Below, one piece after another: positions 1-9,203 of a stretch of 64,000 nucleotides of DNA. The stretch is from the NCBI GenBank assembly GCA_963666835.2, contig CAXXGO010000001.1, forward strand, positions 1,056,001-1,120,000. The letters run 5' to 3'. Every line of letters begins with the position of its first letter. Positions within the stretch are counted from its first letter, which is position 1. This DNA is from Phycisphaerae bacterium (lineage in GTDB: Bacteria; Planctomycetota; Phycisphaerae; UBA1845). The notes below the pieces were generated by a model. The model was not told the DNA's origin, ran no database searches, and saw nothing but the letters and a program-made list of their open reading frames with translations. Made by a program: the position numbers and the translations under genes.

Positions 1-883
1 AGAACACGAAGCTTGCGAGGGCTTGGTTTCCGATTAACGCTCGGTTCATGCCCTCGTTGATGGTCCCGTACGGCTCGTTGAAGGCGTATTCGCCGACGGT
101 GAGCCGCCCGCGGAGCCGCCCGATCTTCGTGTCGAACTTCCGGTCGACGGTTTGGGCTCCCGGCCCTTCGACCGGTTCGGAGGCATAGGGACAGCTTTTT
201 GTCACTGCTTCCGAGAACACGAACCACGCGGACGCCCCCGTGTCGATGACGAATTGGTGCGGTGTCTCGTTTACATTGACCGCAACCACCGGGGCACTGA
301 AGGGGTTGCGGTAGGTGAAATCAAAGACATCCCGGCCGTTGGCGGGCGGCAGCGAGGTTTTCGTAAGACGGATCTTCCCTGCCGGATAGTCAAACACGAG
401 CAGGCAATCCCGCAACATGCCGATCCCGATTGCGCCGTCGAACCGGCGGCCGATAGGCGAATCCAGGGCGAGAGTCTCAACCGCGCGAAACTCCGCATCA
501 CCCAGCTTCAGGGACCTTACCTCATGGAAGGTCGCGGGGAGCCCATTCCCGTTGGGTCCGGCCACTTTGATCTCGAACCCGCTTCCGAACTTCGCGGGTG
601 GGGGAAGCTCCAATGCCGTGGCGATGTTCTTATTGACGATAAGCCCCGGCGCGCCGGTGTCGACGACGAGTCGGTAGGGGCCTTGCCCGTTGATGTGGGC
701 CTCGACTATCGGGAGATTGTGGAGCCGCTGCATGGGAATCTCTACCGCGCCGTTCGGGATGATTGTCTCTTTCGGTACGGGGTTCGGACCCATGGCGATC
801 TGCCCACAGGCTGTGGCCGTGACGATCCCCACCGCGAGCAAGCCGGCAACACTCGAAGAGCAACATAGTTGATTGCGACCCAC
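1..883 (-). CDS. Secreted/lipoprotein retropepsin-like aspartyl protease with two DTG domains (runs off left edge; not in ORF track)
   Basis: Manual translation from GTG at 883 behind AAGGAG: MGRNQLCC..GLLAVGIVTATACGQ..PIVEAHINGQGPYRLVVDTGA..VAVNVNETPHQFVIDTGAS..ALIGNQAL; frame is open at base 1. Confidence 0.85.
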   Translation of the reverse strand, partial: MGRNQLCCSSSVAGLLAVGIVTATACGQIAMGPNPVPKETIIPNGAVEIPMQRLHNLPIVEAHINGQGPYRLVVDTGAPGLIVNKNIATALELPPPAKFGSGFEIKVAGPNGNGLPATFHEVRSLKLGDAEFRAVETLALDSPIGRRFDGAIGIGMLRDCLLVFDYPAGKIRLTKTSLPPANGRDVFDFTYRNPFSAPVVAVNVNETPHQFVIDTGASAWFVFSEAVTKSCPYASEPVEGPGAQTVDRKFDTKIGRLRGRLTVGEYAFNEPYGTINEGMNRALIGNQALASFVF

Positions 884-1127
884 AGGTTCGACTCCTTTAA
901 TAGCCGCGAGCACCGAGCCGTATCGCCCGGGTCTCACCGGACCGCAGGTTCTCTAACAGCCAAGACGGACCCGAACGCCGGCTCCGGTCAGAAACCCGGA
1001 GAAGAGCTGCTGCCGACGTGCCGATGGAGCCCGGCCGAATCGCGTGGCAGATTCGCTCGACCTTCGCATCATTCGATAATCGGACCTGGCGAAGCTGGCC
1101 GGTCCGTTCGGCACGACCAACTCGCTC

Positions 1128-1976
1128 TCATTCCGGTTGCCCGTCGATCTCTCCCGTTGTGCAGAAACCACGAAAACCCCGCTCAAATTCCTCCTCCGTC
1201 ATCGCGGACGCCTCCAGCAGCCAACGGTACACGCCCTCCCGGGTGCGCACGTTGTCGGCCCGCAGACTGGCCGGGAGCTTCCGAAGAACGGGTTGTGCCC
1301 TCGACAGTCTTGCGAGGTATGCGTTCAACCAGAATGACAGGAAGGTCATTCGCGGCAATTGCTCCGATCCACAGGTCCAATAGCCCCGTGGATCCAGCAA
1401 CAACTCCTTGGCGGACATGCAGTAGTCGCCATCAAGATAACGCTCAGATCGCACAGCAGATACCTCGTCGCCGGACTGTGCGTCTTCGCGTGGATTACCC
1501 GCGCAGACGATGTTCTGCATCGCGCATGCCACGCCCTCCTGGATAGCCATTGGGTACGGGAACCCATCCGTCATAACGTCCAACAACCCGTGCGCCAGCT
1601 CGTGCGTCACTATTTGGCGGATCGACAGAGAGTCGCTGAACAGGGCGATCGCCGCGCGCAGCTCACGGATCCAGACTCCGGACGCACGATTCCGATCAAC
1701 GTGTCGCGCGGCATACGACGGCACCGCGTTGAGACCTACGGAACGTCCAAAGCACAACACTCGCAGGGGCCGTATGTTGCCGGCCGCATCGGTGTACGCT
1801 TTGATCCGCGCTATTAGACGATGTACGTCGCTTTGGACTACTGTGCGAATCTGATCAGATTCCTCAGGCGAACAGCCAACCGCATAAACCGCGACCGGGC
1901 TGCAGCGGAACCGTCTGACCCTGTTCCGGATTCGTATTCGCGGCACGAGGCAAACGCGTTGCAGCCATGATTTCAT
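1128..1976 (-). CDS. HExxH zinc metallopeptidase-like protein
   Basis: IVTHELAHGLL followed by QEGVA (gluzincin-like third ligand); GAGGAA upstream. Confidence 0.65.
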   Translation of the reverse strand: MKSWLQRVCLVPRIRIRNRVRRFRCSPVAVYAVGCSPEESDQIRTVVQSDVHRLIARIKAYTDAAGNIRPLRVLCFGRSVGLNAVPSYAARHVDRNRASGVWIRELRAAIALFSDSLSIRQIVTHELAHGLLDVMTDGFPYPMAIQEGVACAMQNIVCAGNPREDAQSGDEVSAVRSERYLDGDYCMSAKELLLDPRGYWTCGSEQLPRMTFLSFWLNAYLARLSRAQPVLRKLPASLRADNVRTREGVYRWLLEASAMTEEEFERGFRGFCTTGEIDGQPE

Positions 1977-2014
1977 CGTGCGGTTCCTCTTCCAACAGAA
2001 CCTCGCTCAGCACG

Positions 2015-2059
2015 ATAGGTCGGGCTAAGCCCGACGATAAACGTCGGAGCCAGACCTAT
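2015..2059. repeat. REP/REPIN-like inverted element, family A copy 1
   Basis: ATAGGTCGGGCTAAGCCCGAC...AGCCAGACCTAT: internal hairpin plus terminal inverted repeat. Confidence 0.7.
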
Positions 2060-2064
2060 TCAGC

Positions 2065-2514
2065 TTAACCACCCTGCTGCTCGCTCCAGGTCTGCATGTA
2101 TTCGCAGATGTCTTCCTTCAGGGAACCCGTTTGACCTACCAGCCACGCCGTGAGGTTGACACGACGTCCGGGACCATGTATCCAGAGGTTAAAGCCCTTG
2201 TGTGGAACCGTAATGCGGGAAACGTCCGTCCATGCAATCTGCCCTGACCTCACAAACCCGCGATAGTAGATGCCACGATCGGTCAGGCGCACTCGAATCC
2301 GAAGGCTGCCTATTGCTGCCAGGCAAGGGACCACCACTACCACGAAGAAAGCCTGAGTCCCCAATGCCTGGAAATCAAATGTCCTGACTCCCGGAAACAA
2401 CACGAAGGACACGAACCCAAAGTCGTATAGAAGAACGTAAATCCAGACCGATGCACCAAACGCGCCCAACAGTGGTACGAATGCCGTTATTCTATAAGTG
2501 CGATCACCCATCAT
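2065..2514 (-). CDS. Membrane protein with bacterial PH-like domain
   Basis: Two hydrophobic segments then VRLTDRGIYYRGFVRSGQIAWTDVSRI; aligns by eye with the C-terminal half of 7982..8971. Confidence 0.75.
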   Translation of the reverse strand: MMGDRTYRITAFVPLLGAFGASVWIYVLLYDFGFVSFVLFPGVRTFDFQALGTQAFFVVVVVPCLAAIGSLRIRVRLTDRGIYYRGFVRSGQIAWTDVSRITVPHKGFNLWIHGPGRRVNLTAWLVGQTGSLKEDICEYMQTWSEQQGG

Positions 2515-2554
2515 CTGATTAGCTACGCCTCACTACTCTACCTCAACCGTCACG

Positions 2555-2782
2555 TCAAACATACTGCGCACGCTGTTGACACAAGCTCACTGCGACACGC
2601 CGTAACCCGGGTGCGTTCGCCCGCCGGCGAGAACTCCTGGAAGCACCAGGTACGCACCAAGCATCACTAGAAACCAGCCCGCCGAGAACGAGCGAGATTA
2701 TCGCCAGTGTGCGCCAAACGACGGTCAAACCCCGCGTCGAGGGTTCTGGCAACTCTGATTTGGATCTCGAGCGGTGTCTCAC
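2555..2782 (-). pseudogene. Possible frameshifted small membrane protein
   Basis: Hydrophobic stretch VVWRTLAIISLVLG in one frame continues as GWFLVMLGAYLVLPGVLAG in another; start overlaps the upstream stop (GTGA). Confidence 0.35.
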
Positions 2783-3147
2783 TCCACCTTCCGCGAACTT
2801 CCGATTGCCCCCTCTCGCTCACTGTCCGTGTCGGTTCTACAGTTGCGGTTGCAGTCGTCATCAAGCCGAAGCAGAATCTCATGCGCCAGTTGACACAGGG
2901 TGGTGTTCACGAAAAGTAGGACGCCAACAGCAATCGCAGCACATCCAAACATCGCCACACTCAGATCCTGGGTCGAAGGAGCACCCTCCTGGCCGACAAA
3001 TGGCGACAATATCATCACGCACCCCGCGCCGAGCAGACACAGACTTGTCATCAGCGCCGCTACAAACAGTGACGAGCGTCGCTGTCTCGCCAACATACGC
3101 AGCAGGCTTGTGTTGGCCCACCTCTCTGGTTTTCTCATTGTGGTCAC
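2779..3147 (-). CDS. Small two-TM hypothetical membrane protein
   Basis: 122 aa with two clear hydrophobic helices (LFVAALMTSLCLLGAGCVMIL; VAMFGCAAIAVGVLLFV). Confidence 0.6.
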   Translation of the reverse strand: MTTMRKPERWANTSLLRMLARQRRSSLFVAALMTSLCLLGAGCVMILSPFVGQEGAPSTQDLSVAMFGCAAIAVGVLLFVNTTLCQLAHEILLRLDDDCNRNCRTDTDSEREGAIGSSRKVE

Positions 3148-3262
3148 CTGCCGAAGACCCTTCCAAACCTATCGCGCCTTTCACCGTATAAAGCAGTATC
3201 GTCTTCGAATACACACGCCATTGCCATGCTTCCTGCGGAACGACAGCTCCGCCGCCTGAGCC

Positions 3263-3340
3263 CGGGCTTTGCCCGACGGTGAAAGTCTGCCGGTAAAGGC
3301 AAGCAGCTCTGGGAGACGCGTCGAGCTGAGCCCGACCTAC
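3263..3340. repeat. REP/REPIN-like element, family A copy 2
   Basis: CGGGCTTTGCCCGA...AAAGGCAAGCAGCTCTGGGAG...TCGAGCTGAGCCCGACCTAC; internal segment resembles copy 3. Confidence 0.7.
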
Positions 3341-3498
3341 TTGGCTGGCCGAATGTTATTCCACCGTTGAGTACTCCCGCGTTGATCCTGAGGATTACGC
3401 AATCCGTGGTGAGTCGGGAATGGCCACCACGCCCTTTCTGATCTCCACCGACGCCACCGAACGCTGAGCCGACCGCTGCTGCCTCCGGACGAAAGCAA

Positions 3499-3828
3499 TC
3501 ACCGTAAGTCATCCGCCCGTTGTCCAGGTGGGCGGAACAGGGCTTTTGCTCTTTCCATTTCCTCCACGAGCACCCGGGCGACGCAGAGCAATACTGTTAA
3601 GAGAGTGAAGAACCCGCCGCCGTACAATGCCGCGAATACCACGACTAATCGTTCGCAGTATTCCACTGTATTTTCACGGGCCGGCAACGTGATGGCGGCG
3701 CCTATTCCAATTACCAGCAACAGGGCTCCGGGCACCAACATCACGGGCGCGTAGCCGCCGTGAACGACGAGCGATCGCAACCGGTCATACTGCGTGCGAT
3801 TACGAACACTTCCTTGGTCTCCTGCCAT
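3499..3828 (-). CDS. Small two-TM hypothetical membrane protein
   Basis: ATG at 3828 behind AAGGAGG; MAGDQGSVRNR.., two hydrophobic helices. Confidence 0.7.
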   Translation of the reverse strand: MAGDQGSVRNRTQYDRLRSLVVHGGYAPVMLVPGALLLVIGIGAAITLPARENTVEYCERLVVVFAALYGGGFFTLLTVLLCVARVLVEEMERAKALFRPPGQRADDLR

Positions 3829-4182
3829 GCAGTAGTCCTCCTTCCTTACCATTCCGTTCCGGACCGTGATCCTGCGCCGCCGGTCCCCCAAGTCATTGTA
3901 CCATCGCTCCCACCCCGTATCGCGACGCAGGCGCCCCCGTAAATGTGGCCACCCGCGGTACCGAGCGGAGTAACCGCCCAGTGCCGCGTGGTGGCACTTA
4001 TTCGATCACTGTGATCGGCCGTCAAAACGACTCCCGACTCCGTTTCCGACCCAAGATCTACAGCCTTGCCGTTTGCTCCTGGCACGGGCAAGCGTTCCTC
4101 GTCCTGGGGCTGGCCAGTCCGCCTGTTGCTTGACGCTGGACGAATACGAAACCTGCGCGGACGCGGCCAATGGGTGACAGAG

Positions 4183-7100
4183 CTATGGCACGTCAAAGCT
4201 GACTTCGTCAATACCCGCGTATTCGCCGTCCCAGGTCCGGTACTCGCCGGAGATCAGGACCTGATCCAACGCCGCTAGCGTCTCGCGAATCTCCGCTTCC
4301 GTCGCAAGCTCGTCCGTCACTGCATTGCGCCAGCCTGCTAGATCGTGGACCGGAACCTGGAACGCCGTCCAGCCGCTCGTCGGAAGGTGTGGAAGAGCGT
4401 AGCTCAGGATCGAGCCGCCGCCTCGTAGGACGACGGCGCCCCCGGCTTGGTGGTCGACCTGTGACTCGAACAGGTGAAACTCGATGTTGCCATTGTACAA
4501 CGCGCTCCAGTCGCCCCGAAACTCCACCGGCGCGTCCCAGACAAAACGCTCGCCCGAAACGTCCTTAGCCCAGGCGTAGCCACCCTCGTAACCGCCAGAT
4601 GCCTCCCAGGTCGGAGTGCTCGTGCCGATGCTGTTGTTATTAATCACTCTCCAGCCGTGGTCTGAACTATCTAGGTGACTAGCCGTATCGATTGTGTGAA
4701 CGAGCGGTGACGACCCCGCCATGTGAATAACCACGTTGTCCAGCCCGCCGGACTCCGCTTCCCAGTTACGCCACTCGCCGCGGATCAGAACCTGTCGCAA
4801 GTAGCCCAAAGCGGCCAGAATCTCGTCGACCTCGGCCGGCTCGTCACGCGCGGGGTTCCACCACCCGCCTGTCTCGTCGAGCCTCACACGGTAGCTCGTC
4901 AGGCCTTGAAGCGGCTTATCCGGCGCGGACCACCGCAGCTCGAGACCACCGCCGCGCAGGTAGACATCGGCGGCGCTGGCTTGGTGATTTCGCTCTGACT
5001 GACTAACGTCGAAGGTCAACCATCCGCCGTAGGCGTTGGACAGATCGCCGAGGAATGCCAACGGCGCATCCCACAGGAAGAACTCACTGAACTCGTCGGT
5101 CACGCCTACAAATCCGCCCGGTCTGCCACCGGCGTCCAACCAAGTCGGGCGCGATGCGCCAAGCTGACCGTTGTTGATCACCTGCCAGCCGTGATCCTCA
5201 GAGTCGAATGTCGACACGATGTTCTCAGTTTTGAGCATGAGCGGGTCCGAGCCGAGATCCAGCACGACGTTGTCCAGCCCTCCGGATTCGCCGTCCCAGG
5301 TCCTCCATTCACCGCGGATTAGTATCTGACCCATCGACCTGAGAACGGTTCGGAATTCCTCTTCGGTGACCAGTTCATCAGTATCGGCGTTGCGCCATTC
5401 GGCATCCTCGTGCAGGGGTATCTGGAAGCTGGTCCAGCCGGCCCGCGGGTTGCTCCAGGCGCTGAAGTACATCCGCAGGCCCCCACCGCTTAGCAGAACG
5501 TCCGCGCTGAAGTTCTGATGCTCGACTGAGGACTGGCAAACGTCGTAAGTCAGCCAATGTCCGTAGGCGGCCTCGATGTCCCCCAGGAACCTAGCCGGGG
5601 CATCCCACCAGAAGATGTTGTCCGACGAGTCCCGCACATGCACAAACCCGCCGGGGCGGCCGCCAGTGGGCTCCAAGTTCGGCCGACTGCCACCCAGGTT
5701 GCCGTTGGCGATCACACGCCAGCCGTGCTCTTCGTTGTCGAACGCCTCGGCGACGTTTTCTGTCTTCGGAGGCTCCTCTTCGTAGCCAAGATCCAAGACG
5801 ACGTTGTCAAGGCCGCCCGACTCTCCTTCCCAGCCTCGAAACTCGCCGCGGATCAGCAACTCGCTCAGGGATGCGAGGACTGCGCGCAGCTCGGATTCTG
5901 TGGCGAGCTCACCTGTTTCGTCGTTCCGCCAGAGGTTGCCGGCAACTAGAGGAACCTGGTAGTTGGTCCAGCCTGCCAAGGGATTGTACCGAGCCTCGTA
6001 GTACAAAGAGATGCCGGCGCCCCGCAGAATCACATCGTGCGCATCGAATTGATGGTCGGTCACGGACTGCGACAGGTCGAACGAGAGAAGTCGCCCGTAA
6101 GCGCGCGACCGGTCCCCGAGGAACTTCCCAGGTGCCGACCAGTACCATGTCTCATTGCTGGTATCCTGAATACGAATGTACCCACCCGGGCGACCGTCGT
6201 GGATTTCGTGCGTCGGCCGCGCGAGACCGTTGCCTACGGCGAGCCAACCGTCAGCGTCCTCCTCGAAATCTGAGAGTATTCTGATACCAGGCTCCGGCTC
6301 GCTGACCTGAACATGGACGATCATGCGCTCGCTGGAGTACCCATCGCTGATCACAAGAGCGAAGTACAGCATGCCAGGCTCGGTGGCTACGAACGAAGCG
6401 ATGTCGGTGTCAGCTCCCTCCAATGTGACCGTCGCCCCGATTTCCAGACCGTCCGCATCTGTCTGCGCCCAGGAGAAAGTGAGCTCATCACCGTCAGGAT
6501 CGTACGACGTACTGGCATCCAGGATAACAACTGCGTTGATCTCCGCCTCAAGTTCGTGCCCCGTGACAATGACCGGCGATTCACGCTCGGTGTCGTCGAG
6601 AACCTCGACGCCAGCGATCGCGATCACAGCAAACTCGCCGTCAGAAACGGTGACGGCTAGAATGTACAGGCCCGGCTCTTCGGCGCGGAAGGACGGTCTG
6701 TCGGTTTCGGTGCCAGTGATTGAAGTACCCGTGTCGGACTGCGGGTAGATGAGCTCCCAGGAAAAGGTCAGCCCGTCACCGTTTGCGTCCGACGAGGCGC
6801 TAGCGTTCAGCTCTACCCACTCATTTGGCTTCGTTGTCTGAAAGGACCCCGCGTCAGGAACCGGCGGCACGTTGGCGCCCAGCGGCTTGTCCGGGTCTTG
6901 TGGGTCCGATTCACTCGGCTCGCCGACAACCACGCTTACCTCGAACGAAACCTCCGTTCCATCGACCGTGAGCGCGACCTTGAATAACAGTTCCGTACCC
7001 GGACTGACCTCGTCGGGCAGTTCGAAGCTGGGCTCAGCCGATGTTTTGTCGCTCAGAGAGATCAGCGAGGCTGCTCGCCCGATCGGTTCCCATTCGTACG

Positions 7101-7344
7101 CAATGTCCTGTCCGTTGGCGTCGACCATCGGTGCTGACAGCGTGACAATACGCTCGTCCCGAATCGGGTCCTCCGCCTCTATGTCTTCGGTTACCGAGTG
7201 GTCTTCTCCGGGGTCTGTCCCATCCGGATCTGTTCCTTCTGGTGTTTGTGCAACATTCGTTCCGCAGCCGCTGAGGACTACGACCAGCCCCAAGGCTACG
7301 ATGTACACCAAACGACGGATGCTCGATCGGAATCTACTTTCCAT
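4183..7344 (-). CDS. Lipoprotein with PKD/Ig-like repeats and four tandem laminin B (domain IV)-like domains
   Basis: Lipobox LSGC; LNASASSDANGDGLTFSW and LDASTSYDPDGDELTFSW repeats; four ~175-aa units with W.AP..F.GD....Y...L.FD and L.L.....IRGE.R......GLDNVV; GGAGG RBS. Confidence 0.85.
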   Translation of the reverse strand: MESRFRSSIRRLVYIVALGLVVVLSGCGTNVAQTPEGTDPDGTDPGEDHSVTEDIEAEDPIRDERIVTLSAPMVDANGQDIAYEWEPIGRAASLISLSDKTSAEPSFELPDEVSPGTELLFKVALTVDGTEVSFEVSVVVGEPSESDPQDPDKPLGANVPPVPDAGSFQTTKPNEWVELNASASSDANGDGLTFSWELIYPQSDTGTSITGTETDRPSFRAEEPGLYILAVTVSDGEFAVIAIAGVEVLDDTERESPVIVTGHELEAEINAVVILDASTSYDPDGDELTFSWAQTDADGLEIGATVTLEGADTDIASFVATEPGMLYFALVISDGYSSERMIVHVQVSEPEPGIRILSDFEEDADGWLAVGNGLARPTHEIHDGRPGGYIRIQDTSNETWYWSAPGKFLGDRSRAYGRLLSFDLSQSVTDHQFDAHDVILRGAGISLYYEARYNPLAGWTNYQVPLVAGNLWRNDETGELATESELRAVLASLSELLIRGEFRGWEGESGGLDNVVLDLGYEEEPPKTENVAEAFDNEEHGWRVIANGNLGGSRPNLEPTGGRPGGFVHVRDSSDNIFWWDAPARFLGDIEAAYGHWLTYDVCQSSVEHQNFSADVLLSGGGLRMYFSAWSNPRAGWTSFQIPLHEDAEWRNADTDELVTEEEFRTVLRSMGQILIRGEWRTWDGESGGLDNVVLDLGSDPLMLKTENIVSTFDSEDHGWQVINNGQLGASRPTWLDAGGRPGGFVGVTDEFSEFFLWDAPLAFLGDLSNAYGGWLTFDVSQSERNHQASAADVYLRGGGLELRWSAPDKPLQGLTSYRVRLDETGGWWNPARDEPAEVDEILAALGYLRQVLIRGEWRNWEAESGGLDNVVIHMAGSSPLVHTIDTASHLDSSDHGWRVINNNSIGTSTPTWEASGGYEGGYAWAKDVSGERFVWDAPVEFRGDWSALYNGNIEFHLFESQVDHQAGGAVVLRGGGSILSYALPHLPTSGWTAFQVPVHDLAGWRNAVTDELATEAEIRETLAALDQVLISGEYRTWDGEYAGIDEVSFDVP

Positions 7345-7846
7345 GTTCGTGTTCCTCCACCATGAGTCCCTACTTGCCCGCGAAATGCGGGCTATTCGGA
7401 TGCGTGCAACCGGATAATGAACTGTTCTTCTGAAGGCCGAGCGTTACCGCCTGACCACACCGGCACCCGTGTAGACAACCGAAGTCGAGAGAGGATAGAC
7501 TCCTGATTTGACTTCCCGGCCGCGCCGCCAGTCCCCACCAAGGTTTGTGCAGGCCACCGCCACCTTGGCGTCGCTCGGCGCCGGGTGTTGCGTGCCAAAC
7601 CCGCGCGCGAACGGGAATTCGAACCTCGACCTGGTTAGACGTGGGCACGTTTGGCGGCAGGGTATCGAGCGATCGTTCTCCAGAATCTCCGGGGCGCAGT
7701 CGCGACGAGGCGCGCTGGTCCGGGCCCTTCACCTCGCGTCACTGGCGGAACCGGACGCATGTGGTCTGCTCCGGACAGATTCTCTCACTCTTCAAGAGCG
7801 CGTCCAGGCTACGGGCCCTCTAATGTCCCATATCGACATCATCCCG

Positions 7847-7929
7847 GTAGGTTGGGTTCCTTCTGAAACACGCCTTCAAAGGCAAGCAACTCCGGGAGGC
7901 GTGCGGGCATCGAGTTGAGCCCGACCTAC
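7847..7929. repeat. REP/REPIN-like element, family A copy 3
   Basis: GTAGGTTGGGTTC...GAGCCCGACCTAC terminal inverted repeat (11/13 match). Confidence 0.7.
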
Positions 7930-7981
7930 GCACTCAACGTAGTGCCGCATGGTGTATTACGTTGGCCGTGATAGCGGGCTC

Positions 7982-8971
7982 TCAGGACGACTCCCGACCA
8001 TGTTTCTCATCCGTTTCCTCTATAACCGCGTTGGGCGCCTTGGCACGCACCTCTCTCAGGATCGCCGCCTTGGACTTGCGAGAGAAGCCCTCGGGGATAC
8101 ATACCCGTGCCCGGCTCGTCCGCACGCTAAGCCGCTGTAACCTACGCGAATATCGTACGCGCTCGAGCTCGGGCCATTTCATTCGCACCGTTCGAACGAG
8201 CCCACGATAGGTGAGGCCGTCTTCGCTTAACTTCAGTCGCAACCGAGCCGTCGCAACGAGAACGCCGCTAAACCCGAAGGCCAACCACAAAAACGCACGC
8301 ATGCCGGTCTTCTCGAGACTGAATTCTCCTACTTTGGGAAACAACGCCCCATCGACCCATCCCGCATTATAGCACAATACGTAAAGCCAGAACAGCGCGC
8401 CGAGTATCCCGAGCACCGCGGGCATGGCGGAGAAACCGTACGTTTCAGTTTGGCCGTCGGTTATGGCGGCGCTTGCATCGTCAAAACCGTTTACGGTGAT
8501 TTCCGGGCAATAATGGGCGAGGACGCCTTCAAGATCTGCCGGAAGGGGCGCTCCATTGGAACGCCGCGATTGCCAAACCAAGCGGTAACGGCGCTCTCCG
8601 GTGCCAATCACGATCGGTCCTCTCGGATAGTGCGCTTCTACTGAGACAATGTCCTCCCAATGAACTCGGCGACTGACAAAGGGTCCGCGGTACAGGATGC
8701 CGTCTCTGTCAATCGCGGCTCGCATTCTGTACAGAAACAACCCCATCACCGCGATGCCAAAACAAAACACGATAGGCGACAAGGGCGGCCGCGGATTGGT
8801 CACCGACCAGGGCAGAATCGGTGCGAGGAGACCCAATTGAAACGACACCATGTACAAAGATGTACCCAGTGCCAGAAGTGGAATGACCAAGAACAGTTTC
8901 GGCGCCTTGTATACGAAGCGCGCACCGGCTTCAATGTCAACGATCGACGGTTGTTCGCGGCTCATGGCCAT
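7982..8971 (-). CDS. Membrane protein with two TM plus PH-like units
   Basis: Duplicated unit: AIDRDGILYRGPFVSRRVHWEDIVSV and LSEDGLTYRGLVRTVRMKWPELERV, each after hydrophobic helices. Confidence 0.8.
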   Translation of the reverse strand: MAMSREQPSIVDIEAGARFVYKAPKLFLVIPLLALGTSLYMVSFQLGLLAPILPWSVTNPRPPLSPIVFCFGIAVMGLFLYRMRAAIDRDGILYRGPFVSRRVHWEDIVSVEAHYPRGPIVIGTGERRYRLVWQSRRSNGAPLPADLEGVLAHYCPEITVNGFDDASAAITDGQTETYGFSAMPAVLGILGALFWLYVLCYNAGWVDGALFPKVGEFSLEKTGMRAFLWLAFGFSGVLVATARLRLKLSEDGLTYRGLVRTVRMKWPELERVRYSRRLQRLSVRTSRARVCIPEGFSRKSKAAILREVRAKAPNAVIEETDEKHGRESS

Positions 8972-9203
8972 GTTCGTATACTCCGCTCAAGCGGGACCAT
9001 CAAACCCGCCACCGCACGACCGTCTGCTCCCGCTCGCCGGCCTTCGCTACGTCAGCGGTGCCGGTGCCCCGCGCATTCGGCAGAACCTCCACCGCTGTCG
9101 CGAGTGGAGCGAGTGATCTCGAATCCTGACGCACGGGGTGCCGGAAGCGGCGTGAGGCTCGCGAGCAGGCCAACGATGGCTGAAGATACTATCATCGTGT
9201 GCT

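Noticed and set aside
152..868. 238-aa plus-strand ORF and other long antisense ORFs (e.g. 9267..10319, 32903..34279, 41990..43051, 50631..51713)
   Set aside because: Shadows of well-supported opposite-strand genes in GC-rich DNA, with no motifs of their own
9025..9170. Long imperfect inverted repeat upstream of the PH-like gene
   Set aside because: Pairing is too loose to distinguish from chance at this GC content
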